Source: a virus (Duplodnaviria; Caudoviricetes). Taken from it: a stretch of 39,430 bases of DNA. Shown here piece after piece: positions 36,160-39,430 of the stretch (positions are counted from its first letter, which is position 1; each line of letters starts with the position of its first letter). The notes under the pieces were generated by a model, which saw only the letters and a list, made by a program, of their open reading frames with translations, ran no database searches and was not told the DNA's origin. A program made the translations under genes and the position numbers. The DNA is taken from positions 1 through 39,430 of IMG/VR virus record IMGVR_UViG_3300024042_000045; one strand, given 5' to 3'.

Positions 36160-37131
36160 ATGGCGACACCAATTCAACAGCTCAAGGGCACAGCAGCCGA
36201 ACTCGATGCGGTGACGCTGCCCAATGGGGTTATCGTCTGGGACGAGACCAACAAGATCTTCCGCGGCCACGACGGAGTGACACCCGGCGGGCACAAGCTC
36301 GTCGGCAGTGTCGCGCTCGACGCGTTGGTGGCGGCCGTGGCCGGCAAGGCATCGCTTGCCGGTGACAATATGTTTTCCGGCGCCAACACCTTCACCAAGA
36401 CCCAGAAGTGGTCCAAGGGCGCCGACGTTGTCAGCGCTGCGGCTCTGACGCTCGGCGATGACGGCAACTACTTCGACGTGACGGGAACCACGGCCATCAC
36501 CTCGATTGCGACCGTCGGCGTCGGCACGGTGATCAAGTCGCACTTCGACGGGGCGCTGACGCTGACGCACCACTCGACGGACCTTGTTCTTCCCTATGGC
36601 GTAGACATTTCGACCTACGCCGGCATGGAACTGGAGTTCGTCGAGTACGACACCGGGAAATGGCGCTGCGTCAGCTTCGTATCTCCTCCATTGCTCCATG
36701 TCCGCGATCAAAAAACATCTGGGACGGAAGGTGGGACCTCGATCAGTGGCACGCAGGTACGTACGCTGAACACCGTCGTGTCCAACGGAATTTCTGGGGC
36801 CTCACTTTCCAGCAATCAGATCACCTTACCCGCAGGCACTTACGACATCTTTGCAAGCGTCCCCGCCATGAGCGCCCCGAGACACAAGGCTTGGCTACGC
36901 ACCTCTGGCGGCTCTCTCATCGTTGCAGGTTCATCGGAAGGCACAGCCGGCTCGACCTCTGTTGTGACGAGAAGCCTTATCAAAGGCCGCTTTACGCTCG
37001 CCGTAGCGACCGTACTTGAGATTGCACACTACACGTCAGCAGCTCTTGCATCTACCGGCCTTGGATATGCCGGCGGAGCTGCGGGCATTCCGGAAGTCTA
37101 CACCGATATCACGATCAGGAAGGTGGCCTGA
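36160..37131 (+). CDS. Receptor-binding protein with an Mtd-type N-terminal beta-prism and an unrelated C-terminal domain
   Basis: MATPIQQLKGTAAE...IVWDETNK..RGHDGVTPGGHKL resembles the BPP-1 Mtd N-terminus; GGAG RBS; follows the tail fibre. Confidence 0.7.
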   Translation: MATPIQQLKGTAAELDAVTLPNGVIVWDETNKIFRGHDGVTPGGHKLVGSVALDALVAAVAGKASLAGDNMFSGANTFTKTQKWSKGADVVSAAALTLGDDGNYFDVTGTTAITSIATVGVGTVIKSHFDGALTLTHHSTDLVLPYGVDISTYAGMELEFVEYDTGKWRCVSFVSPPLLHVRDQKTSGTEGGTSISGTQVRTLNTVVSNGISGASLSSNQITLPAGTYDIFASVPAMSAPRHKAWLRTSGGSLIVAGSSEGTAGSTSVVTRSLIKGRFTLAVATVLEIAHYTSAALASTGLGYAGGAAGIPEVYTDITIRKVA

Positions 37132-37132
37132 T

Positions 37133-37510
37133 ATGCCCCACGCTCTTATCGAAAACGGGGTCGTTGTCCAACTCGACCTCACCGGCAATCCGCCGCAAGG
37201 TTACGTCGAGTGCCCCGATGAAGTGCAGCCCGGTTATATCTACGACGGCGAGACTTGGACAGCTCCGCCGATTCCGGAGCCGCCCGAGTCGGTCACCATC
37301 GTTTACCCCGTAGATCTCTGGTCAAGGATGACGGATGCGGAGGCCGAAGCGGTCGAAGCCGCGATGGCGACCCAGCCAGTCCGTATCCAGAACATTTTCC
37401 GTTTCGCATCTTCCTATCGCAGCGACCATGAACTGTGGCCACTGCTGGTCAGCATGGCGACCGACCTCTTCGGCGCCACCAAAGCGGCGGAGATCCTCGC
37501 GCCCTCCTGA
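37133..37510 (+). CDS. Putative tail fibre assembly/chaperone protein
   Basis: MPHALIENGVVV...VQPGYIYDGETWTAPP; follows the RBP. Confidence 0.55.
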   Translation: MPHALIENGVVVQLDLTGNPPQGYVECPDEVQPGYIYDGETWTAPPIPEPPESVTIVYPVDLWSRMTDAEAEAVEAAMATQPVRIQNIFRFASSYRSDHELWPLLVSMATDLFGATKAAEILAPS

Positions 37511-37522
37511 GCGGACCCGCAT

Positions 37523-37549
37523 TTGACCCTACCTTGCGCGCCGTAAGCT
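37523..37549 (+). promoter_or_regulatory. Putative late promoter motif, copy 5 (lysis)
   Basis: TTGACC-N15-TAAGCT, followed by a hairpin at 37549-37577 covering the lysin RBS region. Confidence 0.55.
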
Positions 37550-37581
37550 CGGCTCCAGTCTGAAACACTGGGGCCGATGTC

Positions 37582-38346
37582 ATGTCAAAGAAGACGCTTC
37601 CCTCCTCCGTTCCGCCGGCGGCAATGATCCTGCTGAAATTCATCGGCGGCATCGAGGCGCCGATGGGCTACGAAACGGTCTACGACAATCACCAGGACAA
37701 GCTGCCGGAGCCGTTGACCTCGATGACTGTCAGCGAAGTCTTGCAGGCGCAGCGGAACTGGACGTCCCGCTTCGGCTCGAGCGCGTCCGGCTACTACCAG
37801 ATCATGCGGGCGACCCTGCTGGGCATCCAGGAGGAGGTTTCCAACCTTCCCGGATCCGCGCGCTACGACGGGGAGCTGCAGGACAGGCTGGGCTACTACC
37901 TTCTGGTCCGCCGCGGCTACGAAAAATTCATCGCCGGGCAGATCGGCATCGTCCAGTTCGGCAAGGCGCTGGCGCAGGAATGGGCAAGCTTTCCGGTGCT
38001 GGCCGACTGCCAGGGGCAGAAGCGCGCGGTGCGGCGCGGGCAGAGCTACTATGCCGGCGACGGGATCAACAAGGCCCTGGTGATGCCGGATCGCGTCGAG
38101 GCCGTGCTGCGGTCGGTCCTGGCGGCCGCCAAGACGGATGCGGACACTGGCCCCCTGCCGGTACCGAAGCCGGAGAACGACAATCCTGCTCCCGCGGCGC
38201 CGGCGGAGGATCCCGTGCCCACGCGGCCGTCGGCCGGTTCCGGCCTGGCGGCAGCCGTGGCGGCGGTGGTTGCCGGTGGTGCCGCCGTGTGGGGACTGCT
38301 TTCCGACCTGCCGTGCCAGTGGCTCGGCGTCTTGTGCGGAGGTTGA
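37582..38346 (+). CDS. Endolysin (lambda R-like lysozyme/transglycosylase) with C-terminal Pro-rich linker and hydrophobic tail
   Basis: FIGGIEA..GY, SSASGYYQIM..TL, LQDRLG, LAQEWASFP motifs. Confidence 0.85.
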   Translation: MSKKTLPSSVPPAAMILLKFIGGIEAPMGYETVYDNHQDKLPEPLTSMTVSEVLQAQRNWTSRFGSSASGYYQIMRATLLGIQEEVSNLPGSARYDGELQDRLGYYLLVRRGYEKFIAGQIGIVQFGKALAQEWASFPVLADCQGQKRAVRRGQSYYAGDGINKALVMPDRVEAVLRSVLAAAKTDADTGPLPVPKPENDNPAPAAPAEDPVPTRPSAGSGLAAAVAAVVAGGAAVWGLLSDLPCQWLGVLCGG

Positions 38347-38347
38347 G

Positions 38348-38620
38348 ATGAAGGCGATCATCAAGGCCACGCTCTGGAACCGCGCTGCCCGGGTGCTGGC
38401 GCGCTGGCGCACCTACGTCGTCAACCTGGCGCTCGCCGCCCTGGTGGTCGCTCCGGAGCTGATCCATTCGCCCGAGATCCTCGCGATCATCCCGCGCGAC
38501 TATCAGCGCTGGGCGCTCGCTCTCGCCTTCCTCGTCAACATCTGGATGCGGCCGAGGCCGGCAGTGCTGCCGGGTGATCCGGAAGCGCGGGCGAAGAGGG
38601 GGGCGTGCGATGCTGGCTAA
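38348..38620 (+). CDS. Putative holin
   Basis: 90 aa; two hydrophobic segments; GGAGG RBS; in the lysis cassette. Confidence 0.55.
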   Translation: MKAIIKATLWNRAARVLARWRTYVVNLALAALVVAPELIHSPEILAIIPRDYQRWALALAFLVNIWMRPRPAVLPGDPEARAKRGACDAG

Positions 38621-38870
38621 GGTGCAGGCGGCCGTGGCTGCGGTCCTGGGCGCGATCGTCGCTGCACTCCTGGTCTTCGCCCTTATGAGCCTCTTCGCTA
38701 TTCCTGCGGCCCGCAAGGAGGAACGGAAGCTTGCCGAGGCGGCCGCCAAGGACGCCATCTTCGATCAACTCAAGGAGCGAGGGCTCACCGATGCCGCTGT
38801 TGAGAACATGTCTGATGGTGAGCTTTGCCGCGCTATTGGCGGCGTGCTCATCGACGGTGATTGCCAGTAA
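38610..38870 (+). CDS. Putative i-spanin (Rz-like)
   Basis: N-terminal TM segment, then periplasmic helix with C-terminal Cys; overlaps a lipoprotein gene. Confidence 0.6.
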   Translation: MLAKVQAAVAAVLGAIVAALLVFALMSLFAIPAARKEERKLAEAAAKDAIFDQLKERGLTDAAVENMSDGELCRAIGGVLIDGDCQ

Positions 38871-39012
38871 ACAGGGCGACGGCGCTGGCTATGCCAGGAT
38901 GACGCCGAATGCCGGCACGCGCACCTATATTTTCAAGCACGATCCTCTTTTCACCCGGCAGGTGGGCGCTCACAACGAGCAGTGCCTCAAAGATCCGATG
39001 TGCAGGAAATGA
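38791..39012 (+). CDS. Putative o-spanin (Rz1-like lipoprotein)
   Basis: Lipobox LLAAC; overlaps the i-spanin in another frame; C-terminal Cys pair. Confidence 0.65.
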   Translation: MPLLRTCLMVSFAALLAACSSTVIASKQGDGAGYARMTPNAGTRTYIFKHDPLFTRQVGAHNEQCLKDPMCRK

Positions 39013-39070
39013 AGCGCATCGTCGCATTCGCATTGTAGAGGGCGGACTATTGACCAACAAGGATCCCGAC

Positions 39071-39430
39071 ATGGTGACCGTCGCGCCGACTTGGAAATGG
39101 GAGTGGAACCTCAACACCGTGGTGATCCTGCTCGGATTTGCCGGCGGCTTCGTCGCGTGGGGCGCGACCTGGAACGAGGTCCAGACGAGATCCTTGAACA
39201 ACAGCTCGGCGATCGACCGGCTCGACAAGAGGTTGACGGCCGCCGAGGTTTCGCTTCGCGCCCTCGACACGCACGAGCTGCGCATCGCCGCGGTCGAGAA
39301 GCAGGCGAGCGATGCGGCCGTTTCCATGCGCTCGCTCGAGACGACGCTCAACAGCCTCGGGTCAGACATCCGCGTCGTGCGCGAGATCCTGCAGCGTATC
39401 GAGAGTGAGCGCTCGCCCATCACGCGCTGA
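39071..39430 (+). CDS. Membrane-anchored coiled-coil protein (lysis-region hypothetical)
   Basis: TM segment TVVILLGFAGGFVAWGATW, then heptad repeats; start may be TTG at 39050. Confidence 0.6.
   Translation: MVTVAPTWKWEWNLNTVVILLGFAGGFVAWGATWNEVQTRSLNNSSAIDRLDKRLTAAEVSLRALDTHELRIAAVEKQASDAAVSMRSLETTLNSLGSDIRVVREILQRIESERSPITR

Larger units (their letters stand above)
1760..39430. mobile_element. Temperate prophage with BPP-1/T7-like podovirus virion module, integrated at tRNA-Lys; continues past the window end
   Basis: Tyrosine integrase next to the tRNA, cI/cro, primase/helicase, terminase, portal, capsid, tail, ejection and lysis genes in phage order; attR not seen in the window. Confidence 0.95.

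Noticed and set aside
35421-37510. Second DGR target (VR) in the tail fibre or RBP genes
   Set aside because: No TR-like sequence, IMH or GAAA hairpin seen by eye at their 3' ends; a BLAST of the TR against the whole genome could still reveal remote targets
1760-39430. attR duplicate of the tRNA 3' end
   Set aside because: No second copy noticed in the window; the prophage evidently extends beyond 39430, so the att core cannot be defined

Overview
The window starts with a host gene for a secreted caspase-like (C14) protease and an intact tRNA-Lys(TTT) at 1684-1759. From about 1760 to the end it is a GC-rich temperate prophage with a BPP-1/T7-like podovirus structural module. It is integrated at the tRNA, and attR lies outside the window. 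Gene order: a leftward early operon (xis-like HTH to integrase), a cI/cro switch, rightward early and replication genes, an iteron origin, then terminase, portal, scaffold, capsid, tail tubular A/B, ejection proteins, tail fibre, receptor-binding protein and lysis genes. The main discovery is a complete diversity-generating retroelement (DGR): target, IMH/hairpin, avd, template repeat (TR), spacer and reverse transcriptase (RT). Its TR and variable repeat (VR) are 118 bp and differ at 11 positions, all TR adenines. The DGR is not in the tail module; it sits inside the leftward early operon on the opposite strand. Its Mtd-like target appears to lack the N-terminal beta-prism virion-anchoring domain. 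That domain appears instead on a separate, non-diversified tail protein about 29 kb away, which suggests a DGR repurposed to diversify a non-virion early protein. Other signals: (1) the TR lies in an open frame fused to RT; (2) five copies of a TTGAC(C/G)-N15-TANNNT motif precede late genes, some with RBS-occluding hairpins; (3) the repressor's S24 domain looks catalytically dead; (4) there is an antisense membrane-protein gene in the early operon; (5) a GTCACAC motif is shared between attL and the terminase region. All family assignments come from motif recognition by eye; no database searches were run.
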